The notes under the pieces are model-generated. The model did no database searches, had not been told where the DNA came from, and saw nothing but the letters and a program-made list of their open reading frames with translations. Of a stretch of DNA of 64,000 bases, positions 22,436 through 31,420 are shown one piece after another (the first letter of the stretch is position 1; the number at the start of each line of letters is the position of its first letter). Made by a program: the position numbers and the translations under genes. The DNA lies in the NCBI GenBank assembly GCA_963705255.1, contig OY970061.1, forward strand, positions 1 to 64,000, given 5' to 3'. This stretch comes from an uncultured Methanoregulaceae archaeon (GTDB taxonomy: Archaea; Halobacteriota; Methanomicrobia; Methanomicrobiales; Methanospirillaceae).

Positions 22436-23776
22436 TTACACAATGAGGGGCGAGAGTTTTTCAATCACCCGCTCTACCTGCCGGACCGCTGTCCCGATGT
22501 AAGCGTCCGGTGAGAGAAGTGCGACAATGTCCGCCCTGGAGCAATAGCGGATTACCTCGGGATCGGCAGAAAGCACATCGGCAAGGGGCCTGCCTTCCGT
22601 GAGGGCCTGCATGCTCGCGAGCCGGACCCGCTCGTGGGAGTCCTGCCGGTTCATGCCACGCCGGGTGAGCTCGATCATCACTGACTCGGCCATGTTGATC
22701 CCGTGGAGGAAACCGAGGTTCCGGCGGATGGCAGCGCGGTTGATGACAAGTCCTTCGAGCACCACGGCCATAAGGCGCAGGCAGTGATCGGTGAGGATGG
22801 AAGCCTCCGGAAAGAGCACCCGTTCGCAGGACGAATTGGTCAGGTCGCGCTCGTCCCACAGGGTGTTGTTCTGAAGCGCCGGTTCGACAGCAGAACGGAT
22901 GATCCGGGCGAGCCCGCAGACCTGCTCGCTCTTGATCGGGTTGCGCTTGTGCGGCATCGTCGAGGAGCCGACCTGTTTTGCCCCGAAAGCCTCCTCGACT
23001 TCGCCGATCTCGGTCCGCTGGAGCGAGCGGATCTCGATGCCGATCTTGTCGAGGGTCGTTGCTATGCCGGCACAGAACATGAAATATTCCGCGTACCGGT
23101 CGCGGGAGATGACCTGGTTGGATACGTCCACCGCATTGATCCCGAGGTTCTCCATCATCGTTGCCTGCACGTCTATCCCTTTTGGCCCGAGGGCTGCCTG
23201 GGTCCCCACGGCTCCGGTCATCTGCCCGACAACTACCCGGGGGCGCAGCTGTTCGAGGCGCTCGATATGCCGGGCGACCTCGCTTGCCCAGATCGCAAAC
23301 CGCAGGCCGTAGGTGGTCGGGACGCCGTGCTGCCCGTGGGTCCTGCCGATGCAGACGAGCGTTTTCGTCTCGGCCGACCGCTTCAGCAGCACGCCGAGCA
23401 GTCTTCGCAGTTTGGCATCGTACAGGTCGAGGCACTGGCCGAGCTGGAGCCCGGTTGCCGTATCGAGGATATCGTTGGATGTCGCGCCATAGTGCACCCA
23501 CCTCCCCGATTCACCGGAGACTTCAGAGACGGCCCTGACGATTGCCATCATATCGTGGCTGATCTCGGCTTCGATCTCCTTGGCCCGTTCGAGCGATGCA
23601 CCGTGGGCTTTTGCATCGATCTCGGCCGCTGCGGCTGCCGGGATCATGCCGTGGGCCGCTTCCGCCTTTGCAAGCGCGACCTCGGCCCTGACAATGCAGG
23701 AGAAGCGGCTCCTCTCGCTCCAGACGGCACGCATCTCTTTTGTGCCGTAGCGCTCCTCGATGGGGTGGACTGCCAT
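22436..23776 (-). CDS. purB: Adenylosuccinate lyase
   Basis: HYGATSND, GRTHGQH and GSSTMPHKRNP. Confidence 0.96.
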   Translation of the reverse strand: MAVHPIEERYGTKEMRAVWSERSRFSCIVRAEVALAKAEAAHGMIPAAAAAEIDAKAHGASLERAKEIEAEISHDMMAIVRAVSEVSGESGRWVHYGATSNDILDTATGLQLGQCLDLYDAKLRRLLGVLLKRSAETKTLVCIGRTHGQHGVPTTYGLRFAIWASEVARHIERLEQLRPRVVVGQMTGAVGTQAALGPKGIDVQATMMENLGINAVDVSNQVISRDRYAEYFMFCAGIATTLDKIGIEIRSLQRTEIGEVEEAFGAKQVGSSTMPHKRNPIKSEQVCGLARIIRSAVEPALQNNTLWDERDLTNSSCERVLFPEASILTDHCLRLMAVVLEGLVINRAAIRRNLGFLHGINMAESVMIELTRRGMNRQDSHERVRLASMQALTEGRPLADVLSADPEVIRYCSRADIVALLSPDAYIGTAVRQVERVIEKLSPLIV

Positions 23777-23960
23777 GGGTAGAAATGGGATGTTGTGGGA
23801 TATAGTGGTTGGGGGGGGTGACAGGAGTTCATGAGTTTTGTAGCATATCCCCCGCAGAGATTTATCGAGTTAGAAATTTCATAAAAATGTTAGTCACTCA
23901 CTTGTTATAGCGCCATTCTGAAAAATGGGGTTCTGAGTTCATGCTTGCGATTAATTTTTA

Positions 23961-24776
23961 TTATAAGACTTTATTGAGATCTATCTCAAATCCTGCTGCT
24001 TTAAGCTCTTTTGCTAATTTAAATTTCCAAGCTTCTTTTTTATCATAAGGTGTATACAAGATTCCATCGTAATTAGAGGGTAAATCTTCAACATCTTTAT
24101 TAATAACGCACAAATGTGAACCATTCAATTTTCCGTAAAAATAGCCCAATTCTAAAATTACATTCTGTCGAGCTCGACTTTTTAATTTGATATCATCAAT
24201 TTTCTTACCTTCATCATCAGGGGAAAGCAATACAATCGCAAAATTTACATTACTATAATCTTTTAATTTTTGGGAAATTGATCTATTTTGATCTGGCTTT
24301 TCATGTAAAATAACAGCTTCCAAGCCTAATTTTTCAACAAATCTTGCAACACTTTCTTTTAACCCTTCATCATGACCGTGTACGATAAATATTTTATTGC
24401 TACTTTCATTCGACGATAGAATTTCTGATATCTGTAACAAATTATTTGATTGATCCGTTTTCAAATCGGAAACATTATTTAAATTACTTATTGTTCCCTC
24501 TTCAATTTCTTTTTGAATTCGAATAAGTATTTGAATACAATCTTTTACATGAATTTTTTTAGGTTCTTCTTTATCTGTCGTGCTTTTGATCTGATTGAAT
24601 AATTTGGTATATTCGTTTAAGGTTGGGAAAATTTCATTGAATAATATGACGATTTCAGCCCTCCAAACATTAAAATTAGATTGATTAACATACGAAGATT
24701 TCGTTCTATTCAAATTGTATCCTTCATCGATTAATCTTACAAATTTTTCTATTAGCAATTTTTTTGTGTATGGCAT
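23961..24776 (-). CDS. TIR-domain (CAP12/Pycsar-effector-type) protein
   Basis: KIFIVHGHD, FAIVLLSPDD, RARQNVILELGYF and LPSNYDG; AT-rich. Confidence 0.85.
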   Translation of the reverse strand: MPYTKKLLIEKFVRLIDEGYNLNRTKSSYVNQSNFNVWRAEIVILFNEIFPTLNEYTKLFNQIKSTTDKEEPKKIHVKDCIQILIRIQKEIEEGTISNLNNVSDLKTDQSNNLLQISEILSSNESSNKIFIVHGHDEGLKESVARFVEKLGLEAVILHEKPDQNRSISQKLKDYSNVNFAIVLLSPDDEGKKIDDIKLKSRARQNVILELGYFYGKLNGSHLCVINKDVEDLPSNYDGILYTPYDKKEAWKFKLAKELKAAGFEIDLNKVL

Positions 24777-24854
24777 CGCATTTTCTATTGAAAAAATGGG
24801 ATGATAATATTATTTGAATCTTATTCAAAATTTTTGTATAATTTTTTTTCAAAA

Positions 24855-25200
24855 ATTTGCGATAGCTCCGCCGCCCTCCGCGGGGCGCCCCCGGCGGCGG
24901 ATCAAAACCCGGAACTTTTTTTCTTGAAGGTAATACAGCACTATCCCTTAACGCAGGATGTTCAGGAGGTGAAGCGCACGCGGCCGAAGGTCATGTCTGA
25001 TGCACGAAGAACCATCGGGTTCTTCGCTGAAGCACGGTTCCCCTCGTCCACGTTCCCCTTTGCACATCAACACCTGAAAATCTCCGACGGAGAAAGCACC
25101 TTCTCCGGCGTGAACCCGGAGCCGGAAACAGGGGTTCCTATCGTAATCGCTCCCAATACCTTGATCGCAAACCCGATCCTCAAATGAAAAGGGTCCTATT
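24855..25200 (-). mobile_element. Degenerate MITE-like repeat, family B copy 3
   Basis: TTTGCGATAGCTCCGCCGCC and GGCGCCCCCGGCGGCGGATCAA match the reverse complement of 6284-6370; GAAGAACCATCGGGTTCTTC hairpin at 25006-25025; boundaries uncertain. Confidence 0.45.
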
Positions 25201-25510
25201 AGCGCAGTTTTACCTTTCCGGCGTAAAATTGAATAAACCGGGGCAGAATTATCCGATTAAAAATCATTTCCGCAGGTGTTTCGTGCGAATTCCGCAGTTT
25301 TTCGGGTACCCAAAATTTTTGCCTTCCGGAAAAATCGTTCATTCCTGCCCCTGTTCGGCAAAATACGGCTGATTTCGATAATGGACGGGATGTGTGGGGT
25401 CTCATCTCCTACAGGGTGTTTGACGCATATGTTTTCCGTCGGAGACCTTGTATATGCACTTCCTATAGGCAGGACCACCGCCAGTATTTATCCTACATCT
25501 CAATAAATAT

Positions 25511-25562
25511 CTTACCAGTAAGCCAATACCTTTATTTTCTTACAAAACAATGAATTTCTTAC
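25511..25562 (+). promoter_or_regulatory. Putative operator of the AbrB-PIN module
   Basis: Inverted repeat CTTAC-CA-GTAAG at 25511-25522 plus TTTCTTAC direct repeats at 25536 and 25555. Confidence 0.45.
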
Positions 25563-25563
25563 C

Positions 25564-25806
25564 ATGGAAATTGTTACCCTGTCCTCAAAAGGCCAGATCG
25601 TCATTCCCTCAAGAGTCCGGAAAAGATTTTCCTTAAAAGAAGGTGACTCGCTAATGATTGTGGAGGAGAAAGACGGCATCCGGCTCCAGCCGCTGGTCAA
25701 CCTTTCAGAGCTCTGGGGTGTCGACAAGCTGAAGAATACGGAAACGATGCTCAAAGAGATGCGGAAGGAGTGGGATGATGAGCTCGAAGACAAGGCAGCT
25801 CTTTGA
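25564..25806 (+). CDS. AbrB/MazE-family antitoxin
   Basis: VTLSSKGQIVIPSRVRKRFSLKEGD. Confidence 0.9.
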   Translation: MEIVTLSSKGQIVIPSRVRKRFSLKEGDSLMIVEEKDGIRLQPLVNLSELWGVDKLKNTETMLKEMRKEWDDELEDKAAL

Positions 25807-26179
25807 TACGCACGCGTTCCTCGCTTTTTTCAACCGCGAGGAAGGATCTGAAACCATCAAAAACCTGATGGACGCGATCCAGAACGGTGATAAGGAAGGA
25901 TATGTGGCAACGATCACGTTAACGGAACTTGCCTATATCTATACCAGAAAAGCCGATGCACCTTCGGCCAGGCTCCGGGTAATGCAGATCCAGCACTCAA
26001 AGCTGAACCTCATCCCGCTGACTGCAGAAATTGCGGTGGATGCCGGCACCATAAAACGGCCGGGAATTTCCGTGGCTGATGCGATCATCGCCGCATCAGC
26101 CCGGTCCGTTGGTGCCTCGGTTGTTACAAACGATCCGTATTTTTCCGAAATGGGCATAGAGGTTACCGGGTACCCGTGA
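25775..26179 (+). CDS. vapC: VapC-type PIN toxin
   Basis: LFDTHAF, ITLTEL, SVADAIIAASA and VTND; overlaps the antitoxin gene. Confidence 0.88.
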   Translation: MMSSKTRQLFDTHAFLAFFNREEGSETIKNLMDAIQNGDKEGYVATITLTELAYIYTRKADAPSARLRVMQIQHSKLNLIPLTAEIAVDAGTIKRPGISVADAIIAASARSVGASVVTNDPYFSEMGIEVTGYP

Positions 26180-26288
26180 TTTTTCTGGATATAATCCAAA
26201 ATTATTGAAAAAATCACCCAACAATTACACCACTATATCTCCCCGCCATGCAGTGCTGGATCAGCCCGGATATTTTTCTTCAAAACAA

Positions 26289-26666
26289 TTAGTACGAGAT
26301 CAGCTCGAGCCCCTCAATCGCTGAAAAATGCCGGTCCCGCGTCACAAGCGGTTCATCATGGCGGAGAGCAATTGCCGCTATCAGCTCGTCAAAGGTCGAG
26401 ATGTGCCGGCCACTTCCGGAAAGGACTGATGCAATATCAGCATAGATGACCGCAGATTCCGCATCGAATGGAAGAACCGGGAAAAAATGCAGGAATTTTT
26501 CCGAGACGTCATACACGTTCTTTTTACCGCTCTTCTTCGCACCATAGAGGAATTCAGCATTGCTGATTGACGTTGTCCTGAGAGTTTTGTGGAGTTTTAT
26601 TACCTCTTCGGTATCCGGATCTCCTTTCATGAGATCGATGAGGAAACAGGTATCCGCGATAGTCAA
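26289..26666 (-). CDS. vapC: VapC-type PIN toxin
   Basis: IADTCFLIDL, AEFL, FDELIAAIA and VTRDRHF. Confidence 0.9.
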   Translation of the reverse strand: MTIADTCFLIDLMKGDPDTEEVIKLHKTLRTTSISNAEFLYGAKKSGKKNVYDVSEKFLHFFPVLPFDAESAVIYADIASVLSGSGRHISTFDELIAAIALRHDEPLVTRDRHFSAIEGLELISY

Positions 26667-26896
26667 AGTGATACCTTCCGGGGTTTGACACGATCAAGCT
26701 CGGATTTTGCCGTTATCACCGATTCCGCAATCTTGTTGCGGACCGCGGGATCAATAGTCTGCAAAAAATCACAGACACTTTTTTCCTCACCACCGGTAAC
26801 CCGGAGTATCACATCGGAATAGCTCTCCCCGGCGCGTTTGTGTGCCTTGAGCGCGTGATACGCGGATTCCTTGATGTTGATGGTCTTGGTCACCAT
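26663..26896 (-). CDS. vapB: VapB-family (DUF217-like) antitoxin
   Basis: TKTINIKESAYHALKAHKRAGESYSDVILR; overlaps the toxin gene. Confidence 0.88.
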   Translation of the reverse strand: MVTKTINIKESAYHALKAHKRAGESYSDVILRVTGGEEKSVCDFLQTIDPAVRNKIAESVITAKSELDRVKPRKVSL

Positions 26897-26907
26897 GATA
26901 GATTTAT

Positions 26908-26919
26908 TGTGTATACACA
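26908..26919. promoter_or_regulatory. Perfect 12-bp palindrome, putative VapB operator
   Basis: TGTGTATACACA just upstream of the vapB start. Confidence 0.55.
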
Positions 26920-26998
26920 GTTATACTTTTTTCGACACACTTCATCTTCACGTCCCTATCCGTTGCCCATAAAGCCCATCAGCACCAACATTCCTGCG

Positions 26999-29008
26999 AT
27001 GGACAGCTTCGACGCCTTCTTCCCGTACAGCGAGTACCGTCCGGGCCAGCGCCACATGCTCGACATGGTGGCACAGATCGCAAAAACCGGCGGGATCGCG
27101 ATGATCGATGCCCCGACCGGCTCCGGGAAGTCGAGTGTCGTTGCCTCGCTCCTTGCCGAGCGGCAGAAACGTAAGATCGTGATCGCGGTCCGGACCGTGA
27201 GTCAGCTCTCCACCTTCATACGAGAGCTCGAGCTGGTGAGGAAAAAACAGCCGCAGATCAAGACCGTGTACCTGGTCGGCAAGGGGAGCATGTGCCCCCT
27301 TGGAGGCAGCGGCGATGTGTACCGCAAGTGTGAGGGAGTCAAGGCGTTCTCGTCCTCGCTCATGCGGGACCGGGCGGAGAGGGGGGCTCTCAACCCCTCA
27401 AAAGACCCGTTCATCCACCAGCAGATCCGGCGGATGGACAAGGAACACCCGCTGCTCTGCCCGTACTACATCAACAGCAAAATGTTCGTGCAGGCCGACA
27501 CCGTGGGCGTCAAGATGGTGCCGTCCACCGCTCTCCGGGCGAAGGCGGAGCGGGTGATCTCCCACCCGGTCCCCCCGCGGGAACTCTCAGAGTTCTGCGC
27601 CGGGATCTGCCCGTACGAGCTGATGATGCACGCTGCCAGGAACACGGATGTGGTTATCCTCAACTACCACCACCTCTTCGACCGGGAGATCCGCGAGCAG
27701 CTCTACGCAAACCTCGGGGTGGAACCGCAGGACGTCCTCCTCCTCATCGACGAAGCGCATAACTGTAGTGACGTGATCACCAGCATCGGGAGCGTGACCC
27801 TCGAAGAGCGTGACCTCGAACAGGCCTCCCGCGAACTCTCGGGCATGCGGAAAAGGCATAAGGGAGCGGATGCGGTGCAGCACGTCCTGCCCCGGCTCAC
27901 CGAGTTCATCCGGGGACTCGTGAACTCAGCCGAGGCCGAGGACTGGTTCGACCCCGCCATCTTCGACCGGATGATTGTCAGGGAGTCGCTCTATAAGGAG
28001 ATGGACGAGATCGTCGACGACCTGATCGGCCTTGCCGAATCGGTCCGGGAGAAGAACCAGAAGGCCGGGGAGTTCCGGGAGACAGCGATCGAGCGGCTCA
28101 CCGAATTTCTCGTGCGGCTCTCCCAGTCAGCCACCGACCCGGCCTACCTCACGGTCTACCGGAAAGAGGAGAGCGGGATCACGCTTGAAGTGCGCAACAT
28201 CGACCCGTCGGCCTCGCTCACCGAAGTCTGCAGCTCGCATGCCTGTGCTGTCCTCATCTCGGGTACGCTCTCACCGGTCGAGAGCTTCCGCCGGTATTAT
28301 TTCGGCGATGCAAAGGTGACCACGCTTGCCCTGCCGAACGCCTTCCCGAGAGAGAACCGGCTCGTGGCCTGTGCGACTGATATCACGACCGCGTTTTCGA
28401 TGCGGCAGAACAGGGAGAATACCGAAAAGATCACCGGCTATATCCGTGCATTCTCCGCACTCAAGGGAAACCGGGCGATCTACTTCCCGAGCTACCAGAT
28501 CCTCGAGTCCTTTGCCAGGCTCGCGGTACCCCATATACGGGGCCGTAAGACCTACATCGAACCGCGCGAGGCTGCAAGCGCAGGTACTGCGCTGAACGAG
28601 TTTCTCTCCCTGCCTTCACGCGGGGAATCGGGGGTGATGTTCGCAGTCTGCGGCGGGAAATGGAGCGAAGGGCTCGATTACCGTGGCGAGATGCTGAACG
28701 GTGCGATGGTGATAGGGCTTCCTCTTGCCCCGTTCAACCGGGTCCGGAAAATGACGATCGAGTACTTCCGGCACAAGTTTGGCGCGGAAGGGGAGTTTCT
28801 CTGCTATACCCTGCCCGCAATAAACCGTTCCCTTCAGGCGCTCGGACGCGTGCTGCGAACTCCGGAAGACCGCGGGGTGCTGGTGCTCGGAGAGAAACGA
28901 TTCCTTGAAAAAAGGGTTAAGGAGGCCCTTCCTTTATGGATACGGGAAGAGATGATCGAGTGCGATGCAGCAAAGTTCAGGGATGTGCTGGCTCAATGGA
29001 GATCCTAG
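26999..29008 (+). CDS. XPD/Rad3/DinG-family Fe-S DNA helicase
   Basis: Q motif RPGQ, APTGSGKS, Fe-S cysteines, DEAHN, SGTL and QALGRVLR. Confidence 0.92.
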   Translation: MDSFDAFFPYSEYRPGQRHMLDMVAQIAKTGGIAMIDAPTGSGKSSVVASLLAERQKRKIVIAVRTVSQLSTFIRELELVRKKQPQIKTVYLVGKGSMCPLGGSGDVYRKCEGVKAFSSSLMRDRAERGALNPSKDPFIHQQIRRMDKEHPLLCPYYINSKMFVQADTVGVKMVPSTALRAKAERVISHPVPPRELSEFCAGICPYELMMHAARNTDVVILNYHHLFDREIREQLYANLGVEPQDVLLLIDEAHNCSDVITSIGSVTLEERDLEQASRELSGMRKRHKGADAVQHVLPRLTEFIRGLVNSAEAEDWFDPAIFDRMIVRESLYKEMDEIVDDLIGLAESVREKNQKAGEFRETAIERLTEFLVRLSQSATDPAYLTVYRKEESGITLEVRNIDPSASLTEVCSSHACAVLISGTLSPVESFRRYYFGDAKVTTLALPNAFPRENRLVACATDITTAFSMRQNRENTEKITGYIRAFSALKGNRAIYFPSYQILESFARLAVPHIRGRKTYIEPREAASAGTALNEFLSLPSRGESGVMFAVCGGKWSEGLDYRGEMLNGAMVIGLPLAPFNRVRKMTIEYFRHKFGAEGEFLCYTLPAINRSLQALGRVLRTPEDRGVLVLGEKRFLEKRVKEALPLWIREEMIECDAAKFRDVLAQWRS

Positions 29009-29460
29009 AAGGCTCATGCCGGTTCGGGTTGTGGTTTGTGCAGGTGCGGTGGAGCGGAGATACAGTCCACCGGGTCCGTTTCGCTGAGGCAGGGATCCCG
29101 GGAACCGTGCCGGAACCTGTCAGGAAATACTGTGCCGGGTTGCCGGTTGACCTTACATCCCTTGCAAGTGTGGCCGTCTGTGATGACAGTACCTACGGGC
29201 GTATCTACCAGGCCGTGCGGCAGGTACCCTATGGGAGGACTGCTACCTACGGAGAAATAGCACGGGTCGCCGGTACCGGGCCGAGGGTGGTCGGGCAGGC
29301 CATGGCGCGCAACCCCACGCCGCTGATCATCCCATGCCACCGGATCGTTGCGGCTCATGGGATTGGCGGTTTCTCTCCATCAATTGAGATCAAGGAGGCC
29401 CTGCTTGCGATGGAGAACAAAAGGCTGCGTAAAATTCTAGTGGGAAAAACCACCAACTAA
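28996..29460 (+). CDS. ogt: Methylated-DNA--protein-cysteine methyltransferase
   Basis: VPYGRTATYGEIA and IIPCHRIV active site. Confidence 0.9.
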   Translation: MEILEGSCRFGLWFVQVRWSGDTVHRVRFAEAGIPGTVPEPVRKYCAGLPVDLTSLASVAVCDDSTYGRIYQAVRQVPYGRTATYGEIARVAGTGPRVVGQAMARNPTPLIIPCHRIVAAHGIGGFSPSIEIKEALLAMENKRLRKILVGKTTN

Positions 29461-29522
29461 TAACCAGGGGTCTTTTAATCACGAAACAGGATCTGGTTTT
29501 CCTGACAGGAGAGACGCATACC

Positions 29523-29825
29523 GTGAACGTTCTCATGCATCGTGCCGGTACTCTCGGCCTATCGGCAGGGGAAAAACTCTCCCGGGTCTGCAGGAATAAA
29601 ATCGTAGATTACCTGACCTGCTTTCGGGATGTCCAGATCCCGTCCACGCCCCGCCACTCGCCCATACTGCAGGAACTTTCCCGGGGCAGGGTGACCGGGA
29701 TCGGTTTCCTGGACGGAGCTGTGGTCAGGAAAGGGAGGGAACACGGCGTGGCGGCACCCGTCAATACCTGTATTGTCAGGCTGGCATACTTTCGCGAATC
29801 GCCCGAATCACCCGGTGAACGATGA
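29523..29825 (+). pseudogene. Internally deleted, degenerate ketopantoate reductase (PanE/ApbA) relic
   Basis: N-terminus MNVLMHRAGTLGLS resembles the GAGAxG Rossmann start, joined directly to a C-terminal block resembling SMLQD..RGR.TEIDFLNGAVV..G..HG...PVN with decayed residues. Confidence 0.65.
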
Positions 29826-30481
29826 GATCCGCAGTCATCCTTGTCGGGGGTGAAGCCCGGCGCGCAAACGGGAAGGAGAAGTATTTCTTCGTGTACCAGG
29901 GCAGGACATTTATCGAGAGGCTGATCGATTCGCTCAGGGAGGTTGTCGAGGAGATCATACTCGTTGCCCGCGACCCCGAGCAGTGCACGCGGTTCCGCCA
30001 TCTTGACGGGGTACGCTGCATCACCGATATCCGGACCGGGATCGGTCCGATCGGCGGCCTGCACGCCGGGGCGCTTGCAGCACACGGAGATGTGGTTTTC
30101 GTATCAGCCTGCGATATGCCCTGCATCCAGACCTCGGTGGTCACGTACCTCTTCGAAACACTCGGGGAGCACGATGCGGCCATCCCCTGCTGGAACTATG
30201 ACATGATCGAACCCCTTCATGCGGTGTACCGGAGATCTGTTCTCATGGGATATCTCGAAAGCCATGATTCACTCTCGCTCCGCCCCCTCATCCGCAGTAT
30301 CAATACAAAATACGTTCCCGTGGAGGAGCTCAAACAGTTTGATCCGGAACTCAGAACCTTCATCAATATCAACAAGGTCGAGGATCTGGAGCGGATTAAT
30401 TCCGGGATCCCGGAAAAAAATGAGCCTTCAATGGACCCTGAAACGGCCCGCGATCGCGTGGCCGGCAAAACCGGAAGGTGA
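29822..30481 (+). CDS. mobA: Molybdenum cofactor guanylyltransferase
   Basis: AVILVGGEARR, GPIGGL, ACDMP, EPLHAVY and NINK. Confidence 0.9.
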   Translation: MRSAVILVGGEARRANGKEKYFFVYQGRTFIERLIDSLREVVEEIILVARDPEQCTRFRHLDGVRCITDIRTGIGPIGGLHAGALAAHGDVVFVSACDMPCIQTSVVTYLFETLGEHDAAIPCWNYDMIEPLHAVYRRSVLMGYLESHDSLSLRPLIRSINTKYVPVEELKQFDPELRTFININKVEDLERINSGIPEKNEPSMDPETARDRVAGKTGR

Positions 30482-30571
30482 TCAGGACTCCACATACTTA
30501 TATGCAATAAGATCATCGACTAGTACTGAAGTACATTCGGGACACAGCTGGATGAGTGCAGGGAAGATGGA

Positions 30572-31420
30572 ATGACGCATATGCCCAGCAGCGGTGAAGA
30601 GGTAATCCGCCTTTTCATCATCGTTTCTGCGTATTTCGGGGCTGTTGCTTCCACGATCTTTTCCCTGACACACGGAATTTTTGCGGTGTTCCCGTTTCTC
30701 TACATCCTCCCCATTATCCTTGCGGTCTATTTTTACCCCAAACGGTCTGTCATCATTACCCTTGGCATCAGCCTGACCTACATCGGTCTCATCTATCTGC
30801 TGGGTTTTACCAACCCGTCCCTGATCGCGATTGCCACGGCATGGTTTGCAATCTTCATCACCATCGGGGTCGTATTCTCTTCGTATGCAAACCAGCTCTA
30901 TGAGGAACGGGAACGGATCCGGAAGATCCTGGACAATTCGCAGGACGGGATCTTCTGTTTCGACGTCCGCACCCAGGCAATCCTGGACATCAACCTGAAA
31001 TGTGCCGGGTGGTTGAGGTACAAACGGCCGGATCTGGTCGGGAGGCCCCTTGCCATTGTCTGGGCCGACGGTTCTGAACGCGAACGGTTCATTGCCGGAG
31101 TGAACTCCGGCGAGCTGGGATCTGAGACCGAAGGTGTTTTCCGGGCAAAAGACGGCACGCTGCTCAGGCTGGTGGTCTCAACCGTTCTCGTTTCAGGCGG
31201 GAGGGTGCTCTGTTCTGTCATCGATCTCACCGGCAGCAAGATAGCGGAAGAAGAGATCCGGAAGACCCTTGAGGACCTCGAAGAGCAGGTCAGGGCCCGC
31301 ACAGCACACCTTGAACGGATAAATGAAGAGCTCCATGCGGAGATCCTCGAGCACCGGATGTTCGAACGCATGATCCTTTCCGAAGAAGGGCTCCCCCTGC
31401 GTGACGAGGATGACGAATGA
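30572..31420 (+). CDS. Membrane PAS-domain protein without a kinase domain
   Basis: Four TMs with LYILPIILAVYFYPKR, one PAS domain and coiled coil LEEQVRARTAHL. Confidence 0.8.
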   Translation: MTHMPSSGEEVIRLFIIVSAYFGAVASTIFSLTHGIFAVFPFLYILPIILAVYFYPKRSVIITLGISLTYIGLIYLLGFTNPSLIAIATAWFAIFITIGVVFSSYANQLYEERERIRKILDNSQDGIFCFDVRTQAILDINLKCAGWLRYKRPDLVGRPLAIVWADGSERERFIAGVNSGELGSETEGVFRAKDGTLLRLVVSTVLVSGGRVLCSVIDLTGSKIAEEEIRKTLEDLEEQVRARTAHLERINEELHAEILEHRMFERMILSEEGLPLRDEDDE

